Below, in pieces: positions 22,926-36,388 of a DNA stretch of 64,000 nucleotides. Source of the DNA: Macrostomum hystrix (lineage: Eukaryota; Animalia; Platyhelminthes); assembly GCA_950097015.1 (NCBI GenBank), contig CATNEN010000003.1, positions 4,836,001 through 4,900,000 on the forward strand. Direction: 5' to 3'. A program made the position numbers and the translations under genes. A model generated the notes under the pieces. It did not search any database. It saw only the letters and a program-made list of their open reading frames with translations, and was not told where the DNA came from. Each line of letters starts with the position of its first letter. Position 1 is the stretch's first letter.

Positions 22926-23819
22926 GGGAATAAAACTAAAACAGATAGGTAGCCTCGTATTGACTTGTCCTTTCCTAGATAGAGAGTGGCTATCATTAAT
23001 TTGGCCATGCTTCAAGTAGAAGCTTTCCAGTGTAAGTCAGAAAGTTAATAAATAATATTTGCACTCAAAACCGCGGATTAGCTATGACTTTTAGACGTCG
23101 ACCAAAAAGCGAATTCCAATTTAGTCTTTCTTATTTTCCCATTTTCATGAGAAGCAAAAAATTTCCCATCTATCTATCTCCATTGTCTTGTCACGCCAAC
23201 TACCTTCATCCTCAACTATTATGTGACCCCTGCAAGCTTGGTGTTTGCGGCACTAAATTGTGGAACAAGAATAAGTAAGTCGAAAATGGGATAAAAAAAC
23301 TAGCAAAGTCACTTTCTTATCTCCTCGCTACTAAGACGACGAAGTTGTTTGAGGATAGCAACCTAGGGATGAGGTATATGAAGGGGCTCACACGCACACA
23401 CACACACACACACACCTGCTGTTGGTTTCACATGAAGCAAGCCAGATGTTGAAGGCCCCACGCGCAGTGTTCCACTTCATTTACTAACATCGCATTAGTT
23501 ATTACCGGTGTGTCTATGAGTGTGTCTATTACATGAAACTTACTAGGATCATTTTATAAAGTGCTTTATTAAGCATTTTTTATCTCTCGATAGTAGACTT
23601 TCTTTCTAGTTTTTTTCGTTTGATTGACGGATGGGATTCTCTACACTTAGTAGACAAAATAGCGAATTTTTTTGTAAAAAAAAGCCATCGCTTGTATGGT
23701 TTTTTCTTAAGCACTTTGTTTCCTGTCCAAAGACACAAACTAACTAGCTGCTGGCTAAAAAATCACCAAGATAAGCTTGACATTCACTGTAGATAAAAAT
23801 TTTGAAGTTACCAACAGGC

Positions 23820-24790
23820 AGAGGGACAGACAGATGGACAGGATAGACAGATGGGCAGACAGATAGACAGGACAGATGGACAGGACAGACGGACAGGATA
23901 GACAGATGGATAGACAGATGGACAGACAGATGGACAGGACAGATGGACAGGACAGACGGACAGGATAGACAGATGGACAGACAGTTGGACAGACAGATGG
24001 ACAGGATAGACAGACGGATAGACAGATGGACAGACAGATGGACAGACAGATAGACAGGATAGACAGACGGGCAGACAGATGGACAGGACAGATGGACAGG
24101 ACAGAAGGACAGGATAGACAGATGGATAGACAGATGGACAGACAGATGGACAGACAGATGGACAGACAGATGGACAGGACAGAAGGACAGGATAGACAGA
24201 TGGATAGACAGATGGATAGACAGATGGATAGACAGATGGACAGACAGATGGACAGGACAGATGGACAGGACAGACGGACAGGATAGACAGATGGATAGAC
24301 AGATGGACAGACAGATGGACAGACAGATGGACAGACAGATGGACAGACAGATGGACAGACAGATGGACAGACAGATGAACAGACAGATGGACAGGACAGA
24401 CGGACAGGACAGATGGACAGGACAGAAGGACAGGATAGACAGATGGATAGACAGATGGATAGACAGATGGACAGACAGATGGACAGACAGATGGACAGAC
24501 AGATGGACAGGATAGACAGATGGACAGGATAGACAGATGGACAGACAGATGGACAGACAGATGGACAGGATAGACAGATGGGCAGACAGATGGACAGACA
24601 GATGGACAGACAGATGGACAGACAGATGGACAGACAGATGGACAGACAGATGGACAGACAGATGGACAGGCAGATGGACAGACAGATGGACAGACAGATG
24701 GACAGACAGATAGACAGGACAGACGGACAGGATAGACAGATATACAGATGGAGAAACAGACAGGAAAACAGACATATCGACAGAAAGTAG
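23820..24790. repeat. (GACA)-based repeat, main unit GACAGACAGATG
   Basis: Read directly. Confidence 0.95.
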
Positions 24791-25619
24791 ACAGTATTAA
24801 AGACAGACAAAGCGAGTTAAAGGCCACTAGTAGGGGCTATATCGCCACTTTTTATTATCCTGGTGTCTGGCTTATGCTAATGGGAAACAAACGCAAGGAT
24901 TTTTCCGGATCAGTTCTTGAGCGAAAAAAAAAATTTTTGTCGGATTAACCGGGCTGTAATCTTTGGCTAGCATCTGCATATTGACTAGCTGTGGCCCCAG
25001 CCTGTGGTTCTAAATCTACCTCGATTATTACTAGTTTTATTATGGTAAATATGTGCACATGATCCTTAGTATACTTAGAAAATTATGAATAGAATAATAT
25101 ATTTTGTGTGTGCTTGCGGTAATAATATTATTTTTCCGATCTACCAAAAATGTGCAAATTGTATTTGCAAAGCTCATTTTCTTCGCATTATTTCTACCCT
25201 GACGGCTGGACCACAACCCAGCTTTTTTCAAATGGCTGTTTATGAGATACTGCTCAAATTTCTATGCGTCACATCCCATGGGATATTTCTCTTATAGATC
25301 CTCTCTTTACCTCATCCACACTCGCTTGAACTGCTCATCTTTCGCTTCATCAGCGTAGTAAAATCCACTTGTTATATATATGAGGATATTTTCCATGGCA
25401 ACAGTGACAAATTTTCTAACGTTTTGGTTGCCAGGTTCACAGCTAGCATTGGTCACATACGCATGCGCACCACGATGGGAGTTTTAGAGTGGTTCAAACT
25501 GACATTCAACTGTAGATGACTGTAAACAGTTTAGTAGAGTTGATTTTTCGATTTTTTGATCGAACTAGCTATGCATTTTTATGCCTAAAGTTTAAATTTC
25601 TGTATGAAACTAGGCGTAG

Positions 25620-26252
25620 TCTGAGGGTTCAGTTCTACAGCCTGAAGTTTCTCTTTAACAGCCTGAGGGTTCATTGCTACAGCCTGAGGGTTTAGTTTTG
25701 CAGCCTGATGGTTTATTTCTACAGCCTGAAGTTCATTTTCAACAGCTCGAGGGTTCATTTCTACAGCCTGAAGTTCATTTTCAACAGCTTGAGGGTTCAT
25801 TTCAACAGCCTGAATTTTATTTTCAACAGCTCGAGGATTAATTTCTACAACCTGAAGTTTCTTTTTAACAACCTGAAGGTTTCGTTCTACAGCCTGAAGG
25901 TTCCGTTCTACAGCCTGAAGGTTCCGTACTACAACCTGAAGGTTTCGTTCTACAGCCTGAAGGTTCCGTTCTACAGCCTGAAGGTTCCGTTCTACAGCCT
26001 GAAGGTTCCGTTCTACAGCCTGAAGGTTTCGTTCTACAGCCTGAAGGTTCCGTTCTACAACCTTAAGGTTCCGTTCTACAGCCTGAAGGTTTCGTTCTAC
26101 AGCCTGAAGGTTTCGTTCTACAGCCTGAAGGTTCCGTTCTACAACCTTAAGGTTCCGTTCTACAGCCTGAAGGTTTCGTTCTACAGCCTGAAGGTTCCGT
26201 TCTACAGCCTGAAGGTTCCGTTCTACAGCCTGAAGCAAGACTTCTACAGCTG
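25620..26252. repeat. Minisatellite, 21-bp unit TTCTACAGCCTGAAGGTT(C/T)CG
   Basis: Tandem unit, degenerate at the left edge; produces the LQAVERN repeat ORF. Confidence 0.95.
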
Positions 26253-26971
26253 AGCTTTAATCTAGACTTCTTTCTATAAACTAAAGCTTGACTAGTACAG
26301 TCAATACCTAGATTTTTACGCCTGAAACTATTTATAGAATGAAATTATCGAAAAATATATCAAAGCTGATTCACAACGTTCTTACTAAGTACATTCTATC
26401 GCTAATAAGTTCCACGACATTTTCATTCAATGAAAAATTACTAAAAATCATTATGCTTGCTAGTTTTATAGTGTGTGAGCTTGTTCCCAATACAACAGCT
26501 GCAAACTACTCGATAATAGTAGCCGTTTTTAGTAAACTCGAAGTTCGAGAGTTAGATAGAGAGGGAGAGAAGATTGAGCTTGAGTCCACTAGAAAGTGGT
26601 ACTCAAAGTGGTCTTTCCCAGCCCTACAAACGTTACACTCTCTTTTCACTTAAAACTATTTTGTTAGGATGAAGGGGGGATGGGCGGGGATGCCTGGAGA
26701 GTTAAGATGATGGGTCTATCGGATTTTCTGAACGAGGTTGTTCATTTCGTGTCTCTTATTTATATTTTTGGCTACTAACACACAAGCACAGACACACTAT
26801 ACAGAATTGGACAGCCTGCCACTAGAAATACAAATCAATAAAGAAGCATGGCTTCACGCAAGCATTAAGATTGGTAGTAATAATTATACGCTTATTATAG
26901 ATAATAAGAAACATAATACCATATACTCGTATAGTAGATTATATAAAAACTACACCTTAGCCAGTAAATAT

Positions 26972-27680
26972 TTCACGTGACCTGAAGCCAGAAAAATATT
27001 TTCATGCGACCTGAAGCTATAAATCCGAACGTGACTTAGAAGTTGAAATCCGAATATCACGTGACCTGAAGCTATAAATCTGAATATCACGTGACTTGAA
27101 GCTATAAATCTGAATATCACGTGACCTGAAGCTATAAATCTGAATATCACGTGACTTGAAGCTATAAATCTGAATATCACGTGACCTGAAGCTATAAATT
27201 AGATTATCAAGTGACCTGAAGCTATAAATCTGAATATCACGTGACATGAAGCTATAAATCTGAATATCACGTGACCTGAAGCTATAAATGAGATTATCAC
27301 GTGACCTGAAGCTATAAATCTGAATATCACGTGACCTGAAGCTATAAATCTGAATATCACGTGACTTGAAGCTATAAATCTGAATATCACGTGACCTGAA
27401 GCTATAAATCTGAATATCACGTGACCTGAAGCTATAAATCTGAATATCACGTGACCAGAAGCTAAAAATCATATTATCACGTGACCTGAAGCTATAAATC
27501 CAATTATCACGTGACCTGAAGCTATATGTCCGAATATCACGTAATCTAGAGCTAGAAATGTGAATATCACGTGACCTGTAGATAGAAATTTAAATTCCAC
27601 GTGACTAAAAAAGTTTTAAATCTAAATCGGGTTACCTAAAGCTAGAAAATCTCATTATATCACGTGAGCTAAAGCTATTA
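26972..27680. repeat. Minisatellite, 30-bp unit TCACGTGACCTGAAGCTATAAATCTGAATA
   Basis: About 20 copies, nearly all containing TCACGTGA. Confidence 0.95.
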
Positions 27681-28219
27681 TTTCGAATATAATCTGAGTT
27701 GAAAAAAATACAAAAATCTCATGAAATGACAGCGAAAGACTCATATATATATTATTTTGGAAGCACCCGTCTGTTAATTTCGATCCTTTTCCTTCAGAGA
27801 GTTTTAATTCTGTTTTTCTATAACTTCGGAATTAGTGAATAAAGAAGGTTAGGATTGCGAAGAGATTGTAAGGAAGCAGAAGGGACGCAAGCTTTCTGGG
27901 AAATTCGAGCAGAATCCCCTGCTCTAAGATGAGCTGAGTTGGTTGGTGGTAGCTTTGCAAGAAAATTGAGTTTCCATACTGATTGGAAGTGCTAACTATA
28001 TGGCTCAGCTTATTCTCCTAAATATACATACATCCCATTTTCCCATTGCTAGTGGGGCGTCCATGAGCTTGCTCACTACTAAAAAGAAAGAAATTTTTAT
28101 CTTGTCACAGAAAAACTGTAGGTTGTAGACACTAATTGATATATATCTTCAGGTGATGGGATTCAGGCTTTTGGGGTATTTATTTCGGGCTTCAGGTCTA
28201 TCGATTCCCTGAAATCCGA

Positions 28220-28670
28220 ATTATGTGATTCAGACTTCAGGTTATGTGATTCAGACTTCAGGTTATGTGATTCAGGCTTCAGGTTATGTGATTCAGGCTT
28301 CTGGTTATGTGATTCAGGCTTCAGGTTATGTGATTCAGGCTTCAGTTTATGTGATTCAGGCTTCAGGTTATGTGATTCAGGCTTCAGGTTATGTGATTCA
28401 GGCTTCAGGTTATGTGATTCAGGCTTGAGGTTACGTGATTCAGGCTTGAGGTTATGTGATTCAGGCTTCAGGTTATGTGATTCCGGCTTCAGGTTATGTG
28501 ATTCAGGCTTCAGGTTATGTGATTCCGGCTTCAGGTTATGTGATTCAGGCTTCAGGTTATGTGATTCAGGCTTCAGGTTATGTGATTCAGGCTTCAGGTT
28601 ATGCGATTCAGGCTTGAGGTTACGTGATTCAGGCCTCAAGTTACGGGATTCAGGCTTCAGGTTATGTAAT
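28220..28670. repeat. Minisatellite, 21-bp unit GTTATGTGATTCAGGCTTCAG
   Basis: Tandem unit read directly. Confidence 0.95.
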
Positions 28671-31600
28671 TCATAATTTATTTCAATTGATGTATCGCTT
28701 TTAAAATAATGAACCAGCTTGTAACTAAGCCATCCGGTGTTCAGACTACATGTTTATAAAAACTGGCATTACATCTTGTAACACGAAACGAAAACGTAAT
28801 GCCAAACTGATTGACTGCAAACCTCAATATCCCAACTCCAGCTTCCCATCCAATAAGTGGCAAGTCCTTGGGATATAAGCTGTGGTCTATTAGCTAGCAA
28901 CCTGACAGACTTCAATCAGCGGGATAACTAGCTCAGCTGACCGGTATATAATCCTATAGCCTCAGGCGAGATCGGGGTTTGAATCCTCTTTCCATTCCCT
29001 TCAGGCGACTCACTGTTCTCTTGATTTTCTCCCAGATCTTATATGCAGCACTATATCGCTCCTTCACCTCCCTGCCTTCCATGAAGTCAAAATTTTATTC
29101 TCCCCTCCTCCTCAAGCCATCAGCCTCTTCTCTCTCTGATCCTGCATGCTGCAGCTTCCATCATCTCGCTTTTCTTATAATATTCTGCATCATCCGACAG
29201 TTGGGCCGGCTGCTATGTGGAGGCGGAGACGATATTTTTTTCTTCGCGTGCGATGAGGTTTCTGTGGTATAGCCATCATGTAATATGCTCGGATCTCAGA
29301 GACCAGATCTCATCCATAGCATCCGTATATAAATTTTCCTTAGCTTGTGACTTTAATAAACGCAAATATGCAGAGCTCTCGGTCGATTTGGAAATCAATG
29401 GAGCGAATTTGATACATTCAATATTTATAAGAAGAAATTTCGTGTGTCATTAGAGATTACTTTCAATAGACTGTTCTGTTTATATCGAATATTGTCTCGA
29501 AGGCTTGCTAATTCAATTACTTAATTTAGAAATAAGCGGGAGTCGCTCAAGAAGGGTGTTTTTTATCTTTACCTTGCTCAGAAACAATGATGTGTAATTT
29601 AAAACGGTAGTATTAGTAGAACTTTTACATCTGGGCATTAAACTATACTTTTAGAATGGGAGAATCTGGAGGAGGGCTAGCGCTACTATCAAGCATGCAG
29701 ATGCCAGATCGGAGCATAAAGTTTTGATTTACAGACTTGCTGCGGATCTGTTCTGATTATTTATTCTAAAGTGCATGTCCTAATTATTTATTATCCAGCC
29801 TGGAAAGCACGTATAATTTCACGATATTATACTGTAAGAGCAGAAAAAACAATTATTAAATCACGTTAGTAAAAACCAGACTTCATACCGGTTTTGGTTT
29901 TTATTATCGTGAGTATAAAAGATAACAAATAAAAAAGTTTGATGTGTACCTAAAATTTACTATTGTCTTTCTGAAGTAATTTTAATCAAAAATTAAATAA
30001 ATAAGTCCTATTGCATACAACTTACAATCTTTTATCAATTGTGTTTCCTGGTTTTATCGCATCATCACGATAGGTTAGTGATCAACTTAATCAATCATTA
30101 ACTCCTGCGAGCTTGAATTCGAATGAAATGGAGTTTAAGGAAGTGGCTTTATTTCTTTTTTAGTAACTCGGTTTTAAGTTCACATTTAGCTTCACAAAGC
30201 ATAGGCCTAAACACATTTATGTAAAATGATTTCACTTGTTAGCTCAAACTAGCTAATTTTGTTCCCATCTGTAAACTTAATCTTAAGACATGCACCACTA
30301 TTAATATTTAAGTTAGGCCTGGCTAAAACCAAGGTCATAGTCTAGTGTTTGAGAAAATATTTTCCAAAGAATTTAAATCTAGGATAGCTGTGCCCATATA
30401 ATACAGTGTACAGATACCCATATAATACAGTGTAATAGTTTTTGTGAGTGTCCAATATCCATGCCCTTATAATTAATAATTTAATGCCTATTATTGCTTG
30501 TTGTATTGCCTATTTATGCTAGATTCAAGCCATCAAGGCCAAGTCAAAGCCATTGGGCTTCATGATATTATTAGGCCTTACCCTTTTGAAACTCTAGTTT
30601 TCATTTATGGTCTATATAATAGCTACTGTCTAAATATTATGTAATTTCCAATGGCTAGTTGCCATGCAAAAAGGCTAATATTTTTTCCAATATTGCAATT
30701 TTTTTATGACCTGTAATCTTTTTTTAATCTAGCTAACTTAATAATTACTATTTTATGTCAGGGGTATATTGATAGTCTCGGGGATTTGAAAATCCCCTCA
30801 TCAAGGGCTGCTTAAATTAAACTAGCCTTCTTTCATTATTTTTGTGACTTTTCTTTTAACATTGCCATTGGGTACTCTTTTTCTCATTTATCTTACTTAA
30901 GTCTTTACTTCAACAATCTACCTACCTATTCTGTTCAGATCAACCAATAACTTATTCATAAAAATAAGCACAAAGACATGTTATAAAAGAAGAGTGACTG
31001 ACCTGCTAAGTTGCCAAGATTGCCTTATGTGATAGATCACTAGATCACAGAGATCATAGATCACAGAGGCAGAAAGCAAGCCCTGAAACCAGAAGAAAGC
31101 ATTATTGCTTGAGCAAATTAATTTCTGGCACTATCATTAGAAAAGTGCCATAGAAGTATGTAACCATATACCTATAGTTCTGACTGACCATACATGTGCA
31201 ACCTCCCAAATCTTAGCCGGCCATGTGACTTAGTTTTTGCTCTATTATTTACGACTTAGTTTGCTCTCATTTGCTCTATTTTTCTCTCCCCCTTTTCCTC
31301 TTCTTCACGCTTTCCTTTTTTGTCCCTTGGTCTCCCTTTGATTTTTTTGCACTTGGTTGATTGGTTTTTGCAACTTACCTTGCTTGGCCCTTGTTTTACC
31401 CGGCCGGTTTGGCCAGGTTTGCCGGGTGTTGCGTATATATGTGACCGACATCCTTGTTGTTAAGACTAGCACATTTGGTTACTCTTCCAATTTGTTACTC
31501 ATTGATAATTATAGTATTATTATAGTCCCAGTATGATCAGCATTTTGTTTCTGTTTATGTTTAACATTCTTTTATAGGCCTAGTCTAATAATCTATAAAA

Positions 31601-33035
31601 AATCAATTAAATATTTTCTATATTCTTTATAGAAGCTTAGCATGGCTATTCTTTTGCATTGGTTATATAGCTGAAATTCAAAGAATAAAGCTAGACTAGT
31701 TATTTTATGGATATTTTGATTGCTAAATTTTAGTAAGCAATATGCAACAGATGTTCATCACTTTTTAATTTACTTATTGTTTTATTTTCATGTTTATGTG
31801 TCTTTGTTATTTTTTACTTTAAGTATGGTTTGGATTTAAATCTCATCACAATAGATGTAGTTTGCAGTAATAGATCTAAACTTGCATTTCTAAATGCCTC
31901 AGTTTAATAAGCACTGAAATTGGTATTGGCCCTACCTGAAAAAATGTTGAAATTATGGTTTCTTGACCTTCTTTGGACAAATTTTTGTTATAGACAAACG
32001 GTTGGTTAAGACTTCAGTTAAATAAGTTGTTTCAACACTCTGTGCCCATCGCTTTAGTGTACTATTTTCTATCCATGGTTTGAAAGAATAGTGGAGAGAG
32101 GCTGTTTGTTTGCACATTCTAACTGCCTCTGTGTATTGGCAGGGGAAGGTGCAGCTATCAAGGGTCTGGATTGTTAGATAAACAACTGTACAGTACATTA
32201 AGCTGAGGTGGGGCAGGCAGAGGTGCTAATTCCAATTAATTAAATTTGCATAGGCGTCTCAGTGTAGGCAGAGAAGAATGTACTTAATGAAATGGCTGTC
32301 TTTTTGGGGCAGGGGAACAGTGAAATTTTGATATGGAACATTGCTTTGATTGAATAGAATTAGAATAGCTAAAACTTATATTGCTGGAAAGAGCTTTAAG
32401 TGCTTATTACAGGGATATAATTTTCAATTTAACTTTTGATTTTATTTCAACTGTATGTGGGAGATGCCAATTAGTTTTGCACATTGCTACTGACAGGCAT
32501 CGTCTGGATTTAGGGCATCTGAAATTAAGCTGTCACTGGGTGGCAAGTAGCCAGGCATTTAAAAAACTTATTAGGGACAGAAAAGGCTAGGGACTTATAA
32601 AGAATTTGCCTTGATTTTGTGGAGGGGTTGGGTGCTACAGTTTACTTTAAGGAGGGTCTGTTTAATTCAATGCATTACAGAGTCCCCTGAACAGGTGGAG
32701 TGGAGGTGGGGTTATAAAATATATTTATTACCATTAAATCCTAGAATCTCATTATTGTAATATAGTGCATTTCATTCACTATTAAAATTAGTCTAAATAG
32801 CATTTTTTTCTAATAAACCTATAAAAATGGTTATCTATTACCTGACTCAAATTGACTAACCTTATCAGCTTTGCATGCCGGTATGATGTTGATTAATGTT
32901 TTTAAAAAAACTAGTTAATAATTTATATTGCTATATCATTTCAGTGGTAAATTGCAATTAAAGACAATTAAAGTGTCACAAATTAGAGTTTATCAGTTAA
33001 TTTGATATCAGAGTAATGCGGCATCATTGCCTGAG

Positions 33036-34169
33036 ATGACATCAAGTAATATTAACCAAAATGGTCACACAGATGCATCGGCTTTGCAAGATCATCAAGC
33101 TACTACTAATTTAACATTCAGTGATAATGCGATCCACCAGCAGTTATCAGGCAATGGTCCTGGTACAGCTGTTAGAGACATTGGCCACACTTCGGCATCC
33201 TCTTCGGATAATAATCGCCACTTCTTTTATGAAGATGAAGACGAATACGAAGACGACGAGCAGCATCAGCAGGGGAGACAATCCAGGAGTTTATTTCGCA
33301 CCAGATCAAATGGGTCTTCAAACTATTACCAACCATTGTTAAATGAGGGTGAAGTTGCATTGTCAAACACCCGAACTAGTAGGCCGATATTAACACAGAC
33401 TCACTTCGATGCTAGATATCGTTTCACTCGGCCCAAAGCCAGCGGATCATTGCGTAACTTTCTGTTTGGCAGCTCCGATGTTGACAATATCGGCGGTGGC
33501 AATAGTGTTGGCGGTGGCCCTTGCACTCGTCGCTGCTTATTAGATTGGCTATTGAGCCTATTTCCATTCATTGGCATTATGCGACAATATCAGTGGCGCT
33601 CGGATCTACTTGCTGACACAATAGCGGGTTTAACTGTTGGCATTATGAACATACCGCAAGGCATGGCTTATGCTATATTGGCTGATTTGCCACCAGTTTG
33701 CGGCCTGTATTTGGGATTTTTTCCATTAATATTGTACTTCTTCTTTGGCACCTCGCGTCAGGTTAGCATGGGTACGTTCGCGCTTTCTAGCCTGATGGTT
33801 GCTGTGCCAGTTGTTCGAATTGTAGGTGTCCAGTTGACGCCTGCATTGACGGACATTCTTGGCCCCTTGCCAACTCAGCATAGTCCAATTGTGACTGAAT
33901 CAATTGTAACTGGTGCAGTTGTTAATAATGGATCAGCAACTATCTGGCCTGCAGTGTCTTCAGTCGCTCCAACGCAGCCGCATAGCAACTATACGGAAGA
34001 AGCTCTAAATCAGTATCGAATCCAGGTGGCTCTGAGTGTAACCCTTCTAGCTGGACTAATACAAATCGCTCTGGGCCTATTTCGTTTCGGCTTTATTACA
34101 ATCTATTTGAGTACTCCGCTAGTGTCTGGCTTTACTACCGGTGCGGCGTTTCACGTCATGACTTCTCAG
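33036..34169 (+). CDS. SLC26 (prestin/SLC26A5-like) anion transporter, coding exon 1
   Basis: DTIAGLTVGIMNIPQGMAYAILADLPPVCGLY...FFGTSRQVSMG and GFTTGAAFHVMTSQ; donor CAG|GTTGGC, phase 0. Gene = join(33036-34169,35825-36388,37232-37720,38493-39056), about 916 aa. Confidence 0.9.
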
Positions 34170-34203
34170 GTTGGCAGTGCTTCTTTGTGCCCAAATTACA
34201 TGT

Positions 34204-34508
34204 GAAGTTGTAGCCTAGTGGTTAGGGCGTCGGACTCACGACTTGAAGGTCGGGGGTTCGATTCCCGACTCCACTGAAACAATTTGTGTCCTTTAGCAAG
34301 ACACTAACTCTGCATTGCTTCAGTTCACCCAGCTGTTAAATGGGTACCTGCATTAGCTGGGATAATTAAATGTGGGTGGGTGTGGCGTCCCCCCAGTCCA
34401 TGGACTGATCAGCCGTACGCAGCTTTAAGATGCGCCACGCAATAGCTGCGGCTGTGCTGTCGGCTGCATATCTAGCCCTATTGGGGCAGGTGTAATTAAT
34501 TATTATTA
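34204..34508 (+). mobile_element. tRNA-derived SINE family A with CORE-like central domain, full length, in SLC26 intron 1
   Basis: A box TAGCCTAGTGG; B box GGTTCGATTCC; CORE-like TGTGTCCTTTAGCAAGACACTAACTCTGCATTGCTTCAGTTCACCCAGCTGTTAAATGGG; (ATT)n tail; possible TACATG target-site duplication; two more copies in the window. Confidence 0.85.
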
Positions 34509-35089
34509 ATACATGGGAAAAAATCTCCATCCTTAGGATATATATCTCAGTATAGATTATTGAGATCCTGAACCCAAAATGATATCATCATTGAATCCGC
34601 AGGTACAAGATCATATTATTAAATCCTAATACATAAATGAAAAATATTTTATGACCTTTTCTTCGACTAGGCTGATTAATGGAACACAAAAATTCATAGT
34701 TCAAGTCCCAGTTCACAGACAAATGCTACTCGTGATATGAGAAAAATTGCGAAAAAGCTCTTTGAGAATTTTTTGGCTTTTCCGAAAAGTTTTCCTCTTT
34801 TATGTTTTGCCGAACAGGTATTCTGCATGATTTATGAGACGTTGAATCTTTGCAATTTAAGTAATAATATAGCACAGTTGCCCAGTTTCCTAGGATAGAC
34901 TGTGCAAGAAAAAGATCTTATCATCTGTGTTATCTCATCAAGATATGCCATGCCGCGACCCATTTTTATACTTTATGGAAAAAATCCATAGTTTTTGTAG
35001 GTCTTGAACTAATACGGCAGATTAATTAAAGTGATATACTTTATAAGTGTCTTCTTCTCGGGCAGATTCAACTACCAAAAACCGAAATT

Positions 35090-35710
35090 GTCAAAACCGA
35101 ACCGTGCCCTGAACGAAAAATGATCTTTCTCTGACCACAAGAAAAGGTCATTCTTTGTACCAAAAAGGTCAATCCCTGAACCGAAGAATGGTCATTCCAT
35201 GAACCCAAAGAATAGTCATTCTCTGTGCCATCTGTGCCAAAAATGGTCATCTTCTGAACTCAAATATTTTCAAACCCTTGACCCAAGATTGCTCATTACT
35301 TGAGCCCAAACATTTTCATTCTCTAACCAAAAATATTCATTTTCTGAACACTAAACTGGTCATTCCCTGAACCCAGGAATTGTCCCGAGCCCAAAAATGG
35401 TCATTTCATGAACCACAAGGGTCATTACCTGAACCTAAAATGGTCATTCTCTAAACTTAAAATTGTCATTCCGTGAACCGAAAATGGTCCTTACCTGAAC
35501 CCAAATATGGTCATTACCCAAACCCGAAAATAGTCATTCCATGAACTAAAAATGGTAATTCTCTAAACCAAAAATTTTCAAACTCTGAACTTGTAAATGG
35601 TCATACTGTGAATCAAAAAATGGTCATTACCTAACCCAAAGAATGGTCATTCACTGAACCCGTAAATTTTCATTCTTTGAACCTCCTTTAAACGGCCATT
35701 TCCTGAAAAA
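35090..35710. repeat. Degenerate ~23-24-bp minisatellite AAAATGGTCATT(N)CTGAACCC in SLC26 intron 1
   Basis: Recurring AATGGTCATT...TGAACC. Confidence 0.8.
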
Positions 35711-35824
35711 AAATGATTATGATCCAAAAAAGGTTCATCCCTTAATCCCCGATTCGCCTCTTCTAGTTTCATATTAATTTTTCAACAATGAGGATATTTA
35801 TCCCAATCCCTCTTGCTCCGCCAG

Positions 35825-36388
35825 GTGCCAGCACTGTTCGGCTTAACAGACATGCCCCGTCACGCCAGCGCATTCAAACTAATTCATTCCTACATGGATA
35901 TTGTTCAACGCCTGCCAGACACAAATAGTGCTAGTGTTACCATCTCGTTAGTGTGCATCGGCCTATTATTACTATTCCGTTTAATTGTGAACGCTAAATT
36001 GGCAAAGTTATGCCGATTCCCGGTTCCAATCGAGTTAATCTTGGTTGTACTTGGCACTTCTATTGGCCACTTTGCTCATTTGCACACAGCCTACGGCGTT
36101 GAAATTGTTGGCCACATACCCAGCGGATTGCAGGCGCCGAAATTGCCTTCAATAAAATTGTTTCACCTAGTCTGGCAAGACGCATTAATGCTGGCTATTA
36201 TTATGTACGTTTGTACATTTTCAATCTGCAAAATCTACGCCAATAAGCACGGCTATCTATTGGATTCTAATCAGGAATTTTTGGCTAGCGGCATTGTTAA
36301 TACTGTCGGACCCGTGTTTGGCTGCTATTTCTCAGCCGGCTCATTGAGTAGGTCTCAGGTGCAAGAGGATATGGGTGGTCGGACACAG
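35825..36388 (+). CDS. SLC26 transporter, coding exon 2
   Basis: CAG|GTG acceptor; PVPIELILVV, DSNQEFLASG, SLSRS...GGRTQ motifs; donor GTGAGC. Confidence 0.9.

Noticed and set aside
28929-28990. A-box/B-box-like motifs (TAGCTCAGCTG, GGTTTGAATCC)
   Set aside because: No cloverleaf and no match to either SINE body; could be chance.
31953-32198. ORF segment FPCQYTEAVRMCK, faintly like a transposase C-terminal motif
   Set aside because: Too short and divergent to support without a profile search.
34204-34275. tRNA gene calls for the SINE heads (also 36742-36815)
   Set aside because: The stems pair poorly, and the heads continue into SINE bodies present in several copies.
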